Translations under genes and position numbers: made by a program | Origin: an uncultured virus (IMG/VR IMGVR_UViG_3300042447_000416) | Lineage: Duplodnaviria > Heunggongvirae > Uroviricota > Caudoviricetes | Virus record (IMG/VR): IMGVR_UViG_3300042447_000416 | Length of the DNA: 64,000 bases | Reading direction: 5' to 3' (one strand) | Notes under the pieces: generated by a model | What the model was told of the DNA's origin: nothing | Databases searched by the model: none | The model's input: the letters and a program-made list of their open reading frames with translations, nothing else | Shown here: positions 8,045-16,962 of the stretch, piece after piece | How the letters are laid out: every line of letters begins with the position of its first letter | Position numbering within the stretch: position 1 is the stretch's first letter

Positions 8045-9843
8045 ATTATCTCCATATTTTCTATTGATCTTGCTAAACTTTCAGGCATCCTTGGTGCCCT
8101 AATCATGTTGTATACGTTTTCAACTTCGCCATCACTGACTCCAAAGTCATTGTCGTAACTCATAGAATCATAGTCATGAATTTTTATTTCTTCGTCTCTA
8201 CGCATTCTAGTTCTACTAATTGAATTATATACTGCTCCGCATACAGCATCTGCCAAATCCTTTGATCCTTTTCTTGGGTGGTCAACTTTATCTCTCATAA
8301 TTCTTAATTGAAGTAATTCGTCTATTAGTAGTGGTATATGTGGGCCAGATAATCTTTCTTCTAAAACAACCATTGCCATATCGTCATAGTGTTTTTTAGA
8401 TACTGAAAGAATTTCGGTATTAATACCGTATTTTTTTAATTGTTGCATCATGTCGTGGGAATTCCATCTATCAAATGTGCAAGTTTTTATATTAAACCCT
8501 CTTGTTCTTAAAGACAATATGTAGTCTTTTACTTCTGTAAAATCTACTGATTTGTCTGGAGTTGGAGTCCAAAATCTAACCGCATCAATGTTTACAATTG
8601 GAGCTGGTTGGGAGTATGTATCTGTTACCTTTATGTCAACCCATTTACTTACATGGCCCATTGCAACCGCACAATGATCGTGCTTTTGAGCTAAGTCTAC
8701 GTGTATAAAATAATCTTTTTCTAGGTCTGGCTTAAACCAATCTTCAAGTCTTCCAAATTTATCTACGGCTAGACCTGCTTGGTTAAAAGCCTTTTCAATT
8801 TTTTCTCTAGATTTAAAAAATGCATCTACGGCGTCTGATGGCATACAGGCAAATCTGCCAAGTGCATCTGGTGCATTTTTATGAAAAGCAACAGTAAAGT
8901 CTGTTATTTTTTTTGTTGGATTTACTTCCCATGTTGGTCTTTTGAGTGCAAATACTCTGGGGTAAACATAAGAAACTATATGATCTTCCTCCCAGGCTAC
9001 CTCAAACTCATTGCCTTCTGTGCCGTTTGGCAAGTCTTGATCTAATTTTAATATCTCTGTCCTAACAATTGTTTCTTTTTCCGCTATGACTGATTCATAA
9101 AATTTTTGTATTGGATCATTTTTAAATCTAGGAAAAGAAAGCAGGATCACCTTGCCCACATCTGGAAAACGTGAGTCAACTGATGCTCTATACATGTCAT
9201 ATATTGCATCGGCTGTTTTAGCCTGATCATGACCGCTAGTATTTTCTGTTGCAAATCCAGATATTTCGTCTAGAATTACTACCATAACGTTATATCCTTC
9301 CCAGGCTTCTCTTTCTGAGTGTCCAGAATGAACTGTTATAGATTTATCAAATTTAATTTCTGAAGCTTTGTCTGTATATTTACCAGCAAACCAAGGAGAG
9401 TTTTCAATTCTCATTTTAAATCCTTTAAAAAAAACATTATTAGCCTGCTGTGCGTTAATAGCAATATTTAATATGTCTATGGCATCTTTTGGCGGCTTTC
9501 CATAATATGCCGCTGGATCTTTAAGACACAATAACAAATAAACAATGTAAGCTACAGAAATTGTTGACGAGTAATCTTTTCCAGAGCCTTTACCCAACTG
9601 AGCAATAACCTCAACACATGTTTGATTAAACACATGTTTGCCTAATTCTTCTCCATAAAGCTTAATGAGAGTAGACTCTTTGTATATTTGAGAACTTTTT
9701 TCAATAAGCGTATATTGATTTTCTGAAAGTGGTGGTAGTCCCAAGTAATCTGGGCTTGTTACAAAAGTCCGTAGGTCTACTGGCTTTTGCTCAAACTCGT
9801 CTCCATCTAATATGTCTATGAACTCTGAAAAATCAAATGACAT
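8041..9843 (-). CDS. terL: Terminase large subunit
   Basis: GKGSGKD Walker A, VVILDE Walker B, HVDLAQKHD nuclease motif, DHP..GSKDLADA. Confidence 0.9.
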   Translation of the reverse strand: MSFDFSEFIDILDGDEFEQKPVDLRTFVTSPDYLGLPPLSENQYTLIEKSSQIYKESTLIKLYGEELGKHVFNQTCVEVIAQLGKGSGKDYSSTISVAYIVYLLLCLKDPAAYYGKPPKDAIDILNIAINAQQANNVFFKGFKMRIENSPWFAGKYTDKASEIKFDKSITVHSGHSEREAWEGYNVMVVILDEISGFATENTSGHDQAKTADAIYDMYRASVDSRFPDVGKVILLSFPRFKNDPIQKFYESVIAEKETIVRTEILKLDQDLPNGTEGNEFEVAWEEDHIVSYVYPRVFALKRPTWEVNPTKKITDFTVAFHKNAPDALGRFACMPSDAVDAFFKSREKIEKAFNQAGLAVDKFGRLEDWFKPDLEKDYFIHVDLAQKHDHCAVAMGHVSKWVDIKVTDTYSQPAPIVNIDAVRFWTPTPDKSVDFTEVKDYILSLRTRGFNIKTCTFDRWNSHDMMQQLKKYGINTEILSVSKKHYDDMAMVVLEERLSGPHIPLLIDELLQLRIMRDKVDHPRKGSKDLADAVCGAVYNSISRTRMRRDEEIKIHDYDSMSYDNDFGVSDGEVENVYNMIRAPRMPESLARSIENMEII

Positions 9844-10374
9844 TTAAGCCTCTTGAGATATTATAATAGGCTCTACGATTCCAGTAATCTGAGACAATCT
9901 TTTAGCAACTTCTACTTTACAGTGATTGCAGCTAGATGTAACTTCTTTTAATATGCCAACTAGCATATCTTGCTTTTTTTCATTTTCTAATATTTGCGAT
10001 GCAATTTCATTATTTTCAAGAACTCCTACTGACTGCAACATTGCGATTCTTTTGCCTTCTATGTCTGCAATTAGTTTTAATGTTCCAGACTTTACGTTAA
10101 GTTGGCCTTGAGTGTCTGCATCCTCTACTGTTTTCCATGCCTCTTTAATTAATATATCATAGTGTTGGTCTGCTCCAAGAAGGGCTTCTCTAGCACGTTC
10201 TCTAACATTAGTATCATTGTGGACCACAGACTTCCACTCATCAATATACTCTAAAACATCTTTTCTGTTCATACCAGTTATGGTGGCAATTTGTGTAGCT
10301 GAATTACCCTTTAACAACTCTGAAACAACTTTATTCATTTTGTCAAAGTGGATGGATGGCTCTATTTCTGTCAT
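9844..10374 (-). CDS. HTH plus coiled-coil protein, probable terminase small subunit
   Basis: N-terminal HTH (SATQIATITGMNRKDV); abuts terL. Confidence 0.6.
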   Translation of the reverse strand: MTEIEPSIHFDKMNKVVSELLKGNSATQIATITGMNRKDVLEYIDEWKSVVHNDTNVRERAREALLGADQHYDILIKEAWKTVEDADTQGQLNVKSGTLKLIADIEGKRIAMLQSVGVLENNEIASQILENEKKQDMLVGILKEVTSSCNHCKVEVAKRLSQITGIVEPIIISQEA

Positions 10375-10380
10375 TAAATG

Positions 10381-10409
10381 ATTATACTTCTAGTCAACCA
10401 AAATGTCAA
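10381..10409 (-). promoter_or_regulatory. Consensus sigmaA/sigma70 promoter, leaderless start
   Basis: TTGACA-17 nt-TATAAT-6 nt-ATG. Confidence 0.8.
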
Positions 10410-10556
10410 TTAACGCCTAGGTTTTATACCAAATTTTTCTATATATCTCTGTATAGTCATGGCTGATACACCACATTCCCTAGATATTTCTACAATAGTC
10501 TTTTTCTGAATATTATATCTATTATAAAGCCAGTCTTTATTTTGATAAAGTTTCAT
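10410..10556 (-). CDS. Small HTH DNA-binding protein (48 aa)
   Basis: Hand-translated MKLYQNKDWLYNRYNIQKKTIVEISRECGVSAMTIQRYIEKFGI. Confidence 0.75.
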   Translation of the reverse strand: MKLYQNKDWLYNRYNIQKKTIVEISRECGVSAMTIQRYIEKFGIKPRR

Positions 10557-11119
10557 CGTTGCGTCAGGACCTTATTAGCGTAATGGGCAATTCCAAATGA
10601 ATCTGCTACATCAAAATCTGATATTGACAGGCTGTACTTATTATTAAAGTAATCCGCCGTTCTTTGCTTTCTCATATTCCTTAATTGATTTTTATACCAT
10701 GAGTCTGCATATCCTGGATTAGATAATCTTATTGCCGATTTTTCTTCTTTAGTAGGATTCTTATTACCAATATAGGCCTGCCATGAAGTTGGAGCAATTG
10801 TTATAACCTTAGCTCCAGTTGACATAAGCTCTGCAATAACAACCCCGTACACATAAGATAGTTTTATAACAGCATCTGCTGATCTAACTAAAACTGCTCC
10901 TTCAACTGCGATATAATCTGCTTGCAATTCATCTAACATTACACTCATCTTAATTTTTGCATCGTAAATTTTTTCATAAATATCATTTCCAGATAGGTTA
11001 ATTTTGCCCCACTTTAATGGCACGTCATTTTCCATAAGGCAAAAAGCTATTGAGTTTGTAGATGCATCAATACCAAGCACTTTAGATGCTCTAGTCTTTA
11101 CTAAACTAGCCAATGTCAT
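10553..11119 (-). CDS. RuvC-like Holliday junction resolvase
   Basis: VLGIDAS, IAVE, DVADSFGIA. Confidence 0.85.
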   Translation of the reverse strand: MTLASLVKTRASKVLGIDASTNSIAFCLMENDVPLKWGKINLSGNDIYEKIYDAKIKMSVMLDELQADYIAVEGAVLVRSADAVIKLSYVYGVVIAELMSTGAKVITIAPTSWQAYIGNKNPTKEEKSAIRLSNPGYADSWYKNQLRNMRKQRTADYFNNKYSLSISDFDVADSFGIAHYANKVLTQR

Positions 11120-11384
11120 CTATTATACCCATTAAATATTTTTTATCTTTAAAGCGTTTAGATTTTATGCATTTCGAGCAATACATTTCTGTATTGTATC
11201 TGCTTAAAAATCCTGGACATCCCTTGCATTTTCTTGGAGCGCCATTCTTAATAGCTTTTTTTTCGTAATATTTTTGCATAATTCTTTTATTGGTTGCAAC
11301 TCTGCAGCATTCGTCAGAACAATACTTTTGATTATGTGTCTTAGGGTTAAAATCTTTAGCACATTCAATACTAAAACATTTCAT
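11106..11384 (-). CDS. Cys-rich zinc-finger protein
   Basis: C....C, YCSDEC, CKGC, CSKC. Confidence 0.7.
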   Translation of the reverse strand: MKCFSIECAKDFNPKTHNQKYCSDECCRVATNKRIMQKYYEKKAIKNGAPRKCKGCPGFLSRYNTEMYCSKCIKSKRFKDKKYLMGIIDDIG

Positions 11385-12172
11385 TGTTTAGCAACTCTCA
11401 TTAAATCAATTTCAACTGTTCCAGGATTAGATCCTTTTGCCCAGCATTCTTTCTTTACTGGACAATATGTGCAAGGAAGTTTATATTTGGTTGCGCCTTC
11501 AGGACGTTTTGGCAAATCTCCTTCTTTAAAATTATCCCAAACATCTCTCATCCATTGAAATGCATCCTCAATTATTTTCTTGTTTTTATCATTCATAGAA
11601 ATTGGGATTATTAATATCTCTTGAGTATTCTTATTTTCATACAAGAAGAAACCTTCTTTGGCATTCTTTAGCTTCATATATGTTAGTAGCTGAAGCATAT
11701 GATTAGGAGAAGATTTCATTTCAGCTTGCCTTGTATCCCAAACTTCTTGCTTGGCTGTTTTGATTTCACCGATAACCGTCTCGCCATCATACTCCATAAT
11801 TAAATCTATAAAGCCTCTAATAGGGGGATACTCATTTACGATCTCTTCTTCTTCCGCTTTCCACTCAGGCATAGTCTTAATAAGACTCTGTAGTCTTTCA
11901 TGAGCCTGTGTGCCCTGGGCCATGTTTGCCACAGCAACAGCATCATTCTCATCAATAAAGACAGCCCCAGTAAATGCCATATACCAGTATCTTGGACATG
12001 TACCATGCCCGTAACCTAGTAAGCTTGGGCTAAAAGACTTCTTTGTGGTGTCTCCATCTGGACGTTTTGTATTTCTATAAGATTCGTCAAGAAGCTGGGC
12101 AAACTTTTCTGGGTCAAAGAAATTCCCAACATGCTTTTTAAATTTAAGGTTCTTTACTATATCTCTACCCAT
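11381..12172 (-). CDS. Cas4/RecB-like PD-(D/E)XK exonuclease
   Basis: CPR, GFID, GEIKT, Q...Y, CTYCPVKKEC Fe-S cysteines. Confidence 0.85.
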   Translation of the reverse strand: MGRDIVKNLKFKKHVGNFFDPEKFAQLLDESYRNTKRPDGDTTKKSFSPSLLGYGHGTCPRYWYMAFTGAVFIDENDAVAVANMAQGTQAHERLQSLIKTMPEWKAEEEEIVNEYPPIRGFIDLIMEYDGETVIGEIKTAKQEVWDTRQAEMKSSPNHMLQLLTYMKLKNAKEGFFLYENKNTQEILIIPISMNDKNKKIIEDAFQWMRDVWDNFKEGDLPKRPEGATKYKLPCTYCPVKKECWAKGSNPGTVEIDLMRVAKQ

Positions 12173-12662
12173 TGTTTGGCACCCACATTTTTTCTTTTCC
12201 TTTGTTGTGATATCTAGCCATAACAAACAGTAGGTCTGATAGACGATTTAAATATTTAGCAATGTTTGGATTAATATTTTCTATTTTCCAAACTTCACGC
12301 TCTGCTCTTCTAACGATAGTTCTTGCATTATGCAATGCTCCAGTAGGCAAAACAAAAGATCTAAGTGGCTCTAGGTATTCATTATAGTCATCAATTACAT
12401 TCTCTAAATATATAATCCTGTTTTCAGATATTTTTATTGTTTCGGCACCTGCAAGCTCTGCGCCAAGGTCAAATAGGTCGCTTTGAACTCTTTCGATAAC
12501 GTCATTATATTCATCGATTGCCATTCCAATAGCAGAGTTAGCCTCATCTACGGCGCCGATGGCTTCCATGATAGGGCTAGTCTTAGAAACTCTATCGTTG
12601 TTGGCATTAGACGTTTGGCCATCATCACCTGTTTTGGTATAAATCTTACTTAGTATTACCAT
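12165..12662 (-). CDS. pduO: PduO-type cob(I)alamin adenosyltransferase
   Basis: KIYTKTGDDG, GAVDEANS, LFDLGAEL, RRAER, YLNRLSDLLF. Confidence 0.92.
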   Translation of the reverse strand: MVILSKIYTKTGDDGQTSNANNDRVSKTSPIMEAIGAVDEANSAIGMAIDEYNDVIERVQSDLFDLGAELAGAETIKISENRIIYLENVIDDYNEYLEPLRSFVLPTGALHNARTIVRRAEREVWKIENINPNIAKYLNRLSDLLFVMARYHNKGKEKMWVPNNG

Positions 12663-12808
12663 CAGTGTCCCTTTATCGCTCTCCAAATATCAATTCCAAT
12701 TTTATTAACAATATACATTATGAATAACGTAACTGCTAGCTGAATTGCATACTCTATAGATATTTTGTTTTTTGTTTTATTTGGCTTATCCAATAAATTT
12801 AAGGCCAT
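12662..12808 (-). CDS. Small membrane protein (48 aa)
   Basis: Hand-translated; one hydrophobic helix; stop overlaps the pduO start. Confidence 0.55.
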   Translation of the reverse strand: MALNLLDKPNKTKNKISIEYAIQLAVTLFIMYIVNKIGIDIWRAIKGH

Positions 12809-13248
12809 CTCAATTCCCCATCACTTGAAAAAACCAACCCTATACTGTCACCAGCGTACAAGGTTGTTTCATTAATTGCTTTTTCTGCCCAGCCCCACTC
12901 ATTTCTTGGGAAAAGAAGAACCTGCTTCTTTTTTATAATTACTGCCCAGTATGCATCTTCAGGAGGCATCTCACTACAAGATTCCTCTTTGCTTGAAGGA
13001 AGATTGTTTAACCTACATAATACTGCATCTCCGTATTTAACGGTTCCCTCTGTACTGTATCCAGATTGTTTTATAAAATCTAATGCATTTATATTGTCTT
13101 GCTCTATGCATTCGTTAAATTTATTTTGTTTGGTAAGAGATCCATAGTCTACATATAGATTTATGCAAGAAGGCTTTACTACAAACGCTTGTATCGTAAA
13201 TGCAAAAGAAACTGCTACAAATAACGATATGATTATTCTGTTTTTCAT
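12799..13248 (-). CDS. Exported DUF4430 / transcobalamin-C-terminal-like protein
   Basis: Signal peptide; VDYG, ALD, LCRLNNLP, AYWA, WGWAEKAI...L..GDSIG pattern. Confidence 0.5.
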   Translation of the reverse strand: MKNRIIISLFVAVSFAFTIQAFVVKPSCINLYVDYGSLTKQNKFNECIEQDNINALDFIKQSGYSTEGTVKYGDAVLCRLNNLPSSKEESCSEMPPEDAYWAVIIKKKQVLLFPRNEWGWAEKAINETTLYAGDSIGLVFSSDGELRWP

Positions 13249-13583
13249 GAGTTATATCTAACTACGTATTTAAGTGCATCTACAAGTTTGTCGATGGACT
13301 CTTTTACTGAATAGTAAATATTTTTCTTGTTGTTGTTTACTGTGCCAGCTTTGTCTTTAGCAATTGTTGAATATACTGAAGCAAGTACCGCAAATTTAGT
13401 AGACATGGCCTGAAGCTCCATAATTAAATGCGGGGCTTTTGCAGAAGGAACATCTGGATTCAGCAAAAGCTTTACAACAATAGCCAGAGCCTTGTCTAAG
13501 TGCTCATCCTGCATAAACTCATGCAGATCATTAAACTCAGTTATATTACTAATGAGTTCAAGTGTATTCTTGTCCTCTGTCAT
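13245..13583 (-). CDS. Hypothetical helical protein
   Basis: Translationally coupled ORF. Confidence 0.65.
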   Translation of the reverse strand: MTEDKNTLELISNITEFNDLHEFMQDEHLDKALAIVVKLLLNPDVPSAKAPHLIMELQAMSTKFAVLASVYSTIAKDKAGTVNNNKKNIYYSVKESIDKLVDALKYVVRYNS

Positions 13584-13678
13584 TTTTTAATCCTCTTATC
13601 TAATTTGTCTATAAATAAACCTAATGGGTAGCCAACTAAAAATCCTATTGCTATACCGCTAAGCAAAAACATTTCCAT
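13580..13678 (-). CDS. Small membrane peptide (32 aa)
   Basis: Hand-translated MEMFLLSGIAIGFLVGYPLGLFIDKLDKRIKK*; coupled on both sides. Confidence 0.6.
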   Translation of the reverse strand: MEMFLLSGIAIGFLVGYPLGLFIDKLDKRIKK

Positions 13679-14373
13679 TACTTATTATCCTTTTCATAGT
13701 TTACGTTTAGCCTTATTTTATCTACTTCATGTTTTCCTATTGTTTTGCCTGTATGATCAATTCCCCTTTTATACATCCTGGGCCTAATACCTTCAGAATT
13801 TTTTTCTTTTAAATAACTCATATATTCTTCACTATCTTGAATTTTTTCAAATGGCCACTTAGAATTTTTAATATTAAAGCTTGAGCCCTGTATCGATCCA
13901 ATTGATATTGGAAGTACGCATGCTATATTTGTTCCAGCTGGCACAAAATATTCTTTATTGGGAGTATCAAGTTTCCAAACAATAGTAAATGTACCAGTAA
14001 ATACTGATGTAGACAATATTGTACTTAAAACTTGTGCTCCGTCCAGATACTCATTTGGAACTGGCATTGTGAGCATACTAGTATTTTCATCGGTTTTAAA
14101 TATTAAATTGGTGGTAAAACTTACTGTTCCCTCTCCTCTACCGACCCAAATATTTTCTTTACCAATAATGCCAACTGCTCCGTCGTGTTTAGAGCCATCC
14201 CAAATAAAAGATATGTCGTGTTCAAAATAAATACCGTATCCTAAAGTATTTGCCATTGCTATTGGATGGCAATTATAAACATATGAATGCATCCAGTCTC
14301 TTTGAAGCTCTAGTGGTCTAATTTTTGCTGTTGGGAAAGATGTGTCATCTATATAAACATCTACGCTATGCAT
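13678..14373 (-). CDS. DUF6065-like protein, paralog of 56954-57682
   Basis: RDWM, CHPIAMANTLGY, DISFIWDG. Confidence 0.7.
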   Translation of the reverse strand: MHSVDVYIDDTSFPTAKIRPLELQRDWMHSYVYNCHPIAMANTLGYGIYFEHDISFIWDGSKHDGAVGIIGKENIWVGRGEGTVSFTTNLIFKTDENTSMLTMPVPNEYLDGAQVLSTILSTSVFTGTFTIVWKLDTPNKEYFVPAGTNIACVLPISIGSIQGSSFNIKNSKWPFEKIQDSEEYMSYLKEKNSEGIRPRMYKRGIDHTGKTIGKHEVDKIRLNVNYEKDNK

Positions 14374-14671
14374 TATTATCCTCCCAGCATTTAATTAATT
14401 CTTCTAAAATTGCCCACTCTATTATACCAAGTCGGACTTTGCTTTCTTTACCTATAATAATTTTTAAGGCTGGGTGCATATCTCTATTTACTTTAAATGT
14501 ATCTGTACAGATCTTAGACCAAACTTCTTTATTCAATGTAAATGTAGATCCCGCCTCCTTATAATCAACTAAAAATTGATTCCACTGAGCATCACCTTTT
14601 TGGTAATCTCCTCGCCCGCTATTTTTTTGTGCTTTAGCACTATCTCTTTTTACTTCGGCTCTTTCAGACAT
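14366..14671 (-). CDS. PD-(D/E)XK resolvase-like nuclease
   Basis: NSGRG..KGDA...LVDYKE. Confidence 0.65.
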   Translation of the reverse strand: MSERAEVKRDSAKAQKNSGRGDYQKGDAQWNQFLVDYKEAGSTFTLNKEVWSKICTDTFKVNRDMHPALKIIIGKESKVRLGIIEWAILEELIKCWEDNNA

Positions 14672-14674
14672 TTA

Positions 14675-15520
14675 CTAGCCTTTAACTTCTATAAGGTTAG
14701 ATGGGATAGACAGCTTTATGGTTTGTAAATCTTTTTCTACATAAGATTCTTCTGTATTAACATTATTTAAATTGTCTTGTCCAAGTGTTATGTCGTATTG
14801 TTTTTTCCACTCGATTTCGTCTTTAACATCAGAATCAATAAACGCTCTTAAAAAATACCTATCTGATTTACTAAATGGTTTTACTCCGTGATAAAATGGT
14901 TCTGTTGACGGCATTATAACGGCATCTCCAGGCATAGGCTTATACATGTATGTGTTATTTGATATAGAATCGTATACACAAATTTCCCCTCCGTCATAAT
15001 TATTATTTAAATAAAAATTAACAGTAGCAACGTGCCTCTTTGTTTTTGTTTCCCCAGGTACTGGCAATTCGTCTACATGGTATTCCATGATTAATCCAGA
15101 AGGGTTTACCTTTCCTTGAAAACCTACGTCATATCTAAAAAAATCAATCCAGTATTTTTTGTTTGTATCTTTTAACAATTCCCAATCTTTTATAAATAAG
15201 GGCCATATTCCATTTTCTTTTCCAAACTCATTAAGATAGTCTTTTCTAATAAAATTCATACATTCATTTATTTCTAGTATGTATTCTTTTTCTAGATTGA
15301 GAAATGTATTGGTTCCAGGATCTATAGTATCTAAAAGACTAAAGTCTGCGTCTCTTCTAAATCCTTGACCATACCAGCCTCTCCATTCATTAAAGAAAGA
15401 AATTTCTCTACTGTCCTGCAACAAATCAATTATTTCTTTGCTGTTTTTAAATATGTTTTTATATATTACAATTTGTGGAGCCACTACAATTTTTTTTATA
15501 GAGCTGAAGTCCGTATTCAA
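14675..15520 (-). CDS. 2OG-Fe(II) oxygenase, paralog of 55384-56283
   Basis: YHVD, YDGGEI, PSTEPFYHGVK, RYF; probable TTG start at 15520. Confidence 0.85.
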   Translation of the reverse strand: MNTDFSSIKKIVVAPQIVIYKNIFKNSKEIIDLLQDSREISFFNEWRGWYGQGFRRDADFSLLDTIDPGTNTFLNLEKEYILEINECMNFIRKDYLNEFGKENGIWPLFIKDWELLKDTNKKYWIDFFRYDVGFQGKVNPSGLIMEYHVDELPVPGETKTKRHVATVNFYLNNNYDGGEICVYDSISNNTYMYKPMPGDAVIMPSTEPFYHGVKPFSKSDRYFLRAFIDSDVKDEIEWKKQYDITLGQDNLNNVNTEESYVEKDLQTIKLSIPSNLIEVKG

Positions 15521-15521
15521 T

Positions 15522-15710
15522 CTACCCCACCCTAACTTCGTTTTCATGTCCATCAGGACATTCCCATGCAAGGACCATAGAATCTGGATCCCAAAAAGAT
15601 TCTTCTGCATTCTTATCACACTTAGAACATGGTTTTACTCCATGGATAGACTCTAAGTTTTGTTTAACAACTACCTGTGGTTTATTAATAAACTCGTTAA
15701 GATTTGGCAT
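15522..15710 (-). CDS. Small zinc-ribbon protein
   Basis: CSKC...CPDGH. Confidence 0.65.
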   Translation of the reverse strand: MPNLNEFINKPQVVVKQNLESIHGVKPCSKCDKNAEESFWDPDSMVLAWECPDGHENEVRVG

Positions 15711-16701
15711 TAATTTCCTCAATCAAGGCGCCAGCAACTTTTGGGTTATCTCTAAGGTATGCTATTGCTTTAGCTCTGCCCTGAAAACGCTCTTTATTAA
15801 TTGTGTACCATGCTCCGCCTTTTTCTACTAAACCGTACATTTCTGCAACATCTAGCGTTTCACCAATACGATCAACTCCTAAAGACTCTCCTTGGTAGTA
15901 AAAATCGTATTGTCCTGAAAGGTTAGGGGGGCCGAGCTTGTTGTAATCAATAATCCAATTGACTGGTCTCCCGACACGCTGTTCAATAATTTTGTCCCCG
16001 ACTTGAACGCCAGCTTTGATAGCATTAGCTTCAGCTTCTGAAGACCAGAGTTTGATAACGGTACTAGAGAAAAATTTAACTGCCATTCCTCCTGTTGGGA
16101 TGTGTGAAGCATGCATTGACCCAAACTGATTTCTTTGTTGGGAGATAAGAACAAGTAGTGTGTTTTTGTTTGCATAATTTAACATTTTGACTGCGTGAGT
16201 CATATCCTTTGCTTCTGCGCCGATTTGCTTTGTGTCTTGCAAATCTTTCATTTCATTTCCATCTTTTTCAAAATATATACCAGGAAGCAAGGCAGAGATA
16301 GAGTCTACAACAATTACATCTACGCCAGCCTCCATTAGCTTTACACCAACGTCTACCATGTCATTTACTGTTTTAGCTTGAGAATAAATAAGGGAAGACG
16401 AATCTACTCCCAGCTGCTCTGCCCAAGATTGGTCATAAGATGCTTCTGAATCAATCCATGCACAAGTTTTGCCTTCTTGTTGCGCTAGCGCTATCATTTG
16501 TAAACAAAAAGAAGATTTGCCAGCAGACTTATTACCCCAAACTAATATTTGTCTTCCATATCCCAAGCCACCTTTTAAAGCAACATTTAATCCTATGCTG
16601 GGAGTCAATTGTTTATGAACTTGAACATTTTGTGCAGACTGGACTCTTGCACGTGTTTTGGGGTCTAACTTTGACATTATATCTTCTAGGGAAATAGTCA
16701 T
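15697..16701 (-). CDS. recA: RecA/UvsX-like recombinase
   Basis: GNKSAGKS, IDSE, VIVVDS, TGG.AVKFF, KGGAWY. Confidence 0.93.
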   Translation of the reverse strand: MTISLEDIMSKLDPKTRARVQSAQNVQVHKQLTPSIGLNVALKGGLGYGRQILVWGNKSAGKSSFCLQMIALAQQEGKTCAWIDSEASYDQSWAEQLGVDSSSLIYSQAKTVNDMVDVGVKLMEAGVDVIVVDSISALLPGIYFEKDGNEMKDLQDTKQIGAEAKDMTHAVKMLNYANKNTLLVLISQQRNQFGSMHASHIPTGGMAVKFFSSTVIKLWSSEAEANAIKAGVQVGDKIIEQRVGRPVNWIIDYNKLGPPNLSGQYDFYYQGESLGVDRIGETLDVAEMYGLVEKGGAWYTINKERFQGRAKAIAYLRDNPKVAGALIEEINAKS

Positions 16702-16764
16702 TTATATTCTTTCTTCTCTCTACTAGTATACCATTTAAATCAGGGTCTGTGAAGCCCGATAGAA

Positions 16765-16962
16765 TTAATCTTTTTGCTTAAGCTTAAATGTAAATGTCTG
16801 ATCATCTTCATTATAATCTACTTGTAACTCTTTGTCTTCATTAGCTGCCTTTAAAAATTTTTCAACTGGTAAAGAAAGTTCTCCAAGGCTTTCAATTGCG
16901 GCAACAAGTATTTTAGTAATGTTTAGTTGTGCATAAACATCTTCTATTTTTATATCACTCAT
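16765..16962 (-). CDS. Hypothetical protein
   Basis: ATGA-coupled to dnaE. Confidence 0.6.
   Translation of the reverse strand: MSDIKIEDVYAQLNITKILVAAIESLGELSLPVEKFLKAANEDKELQVDYNEDDQTFTFKLKQKD

Noticed and set aside
11381..12172. Cas4 as evidence of CRISPR-Cas
   Set aside because: Solo Cas4-like nuclease in a recombination block; no cas1/cas2 or array.
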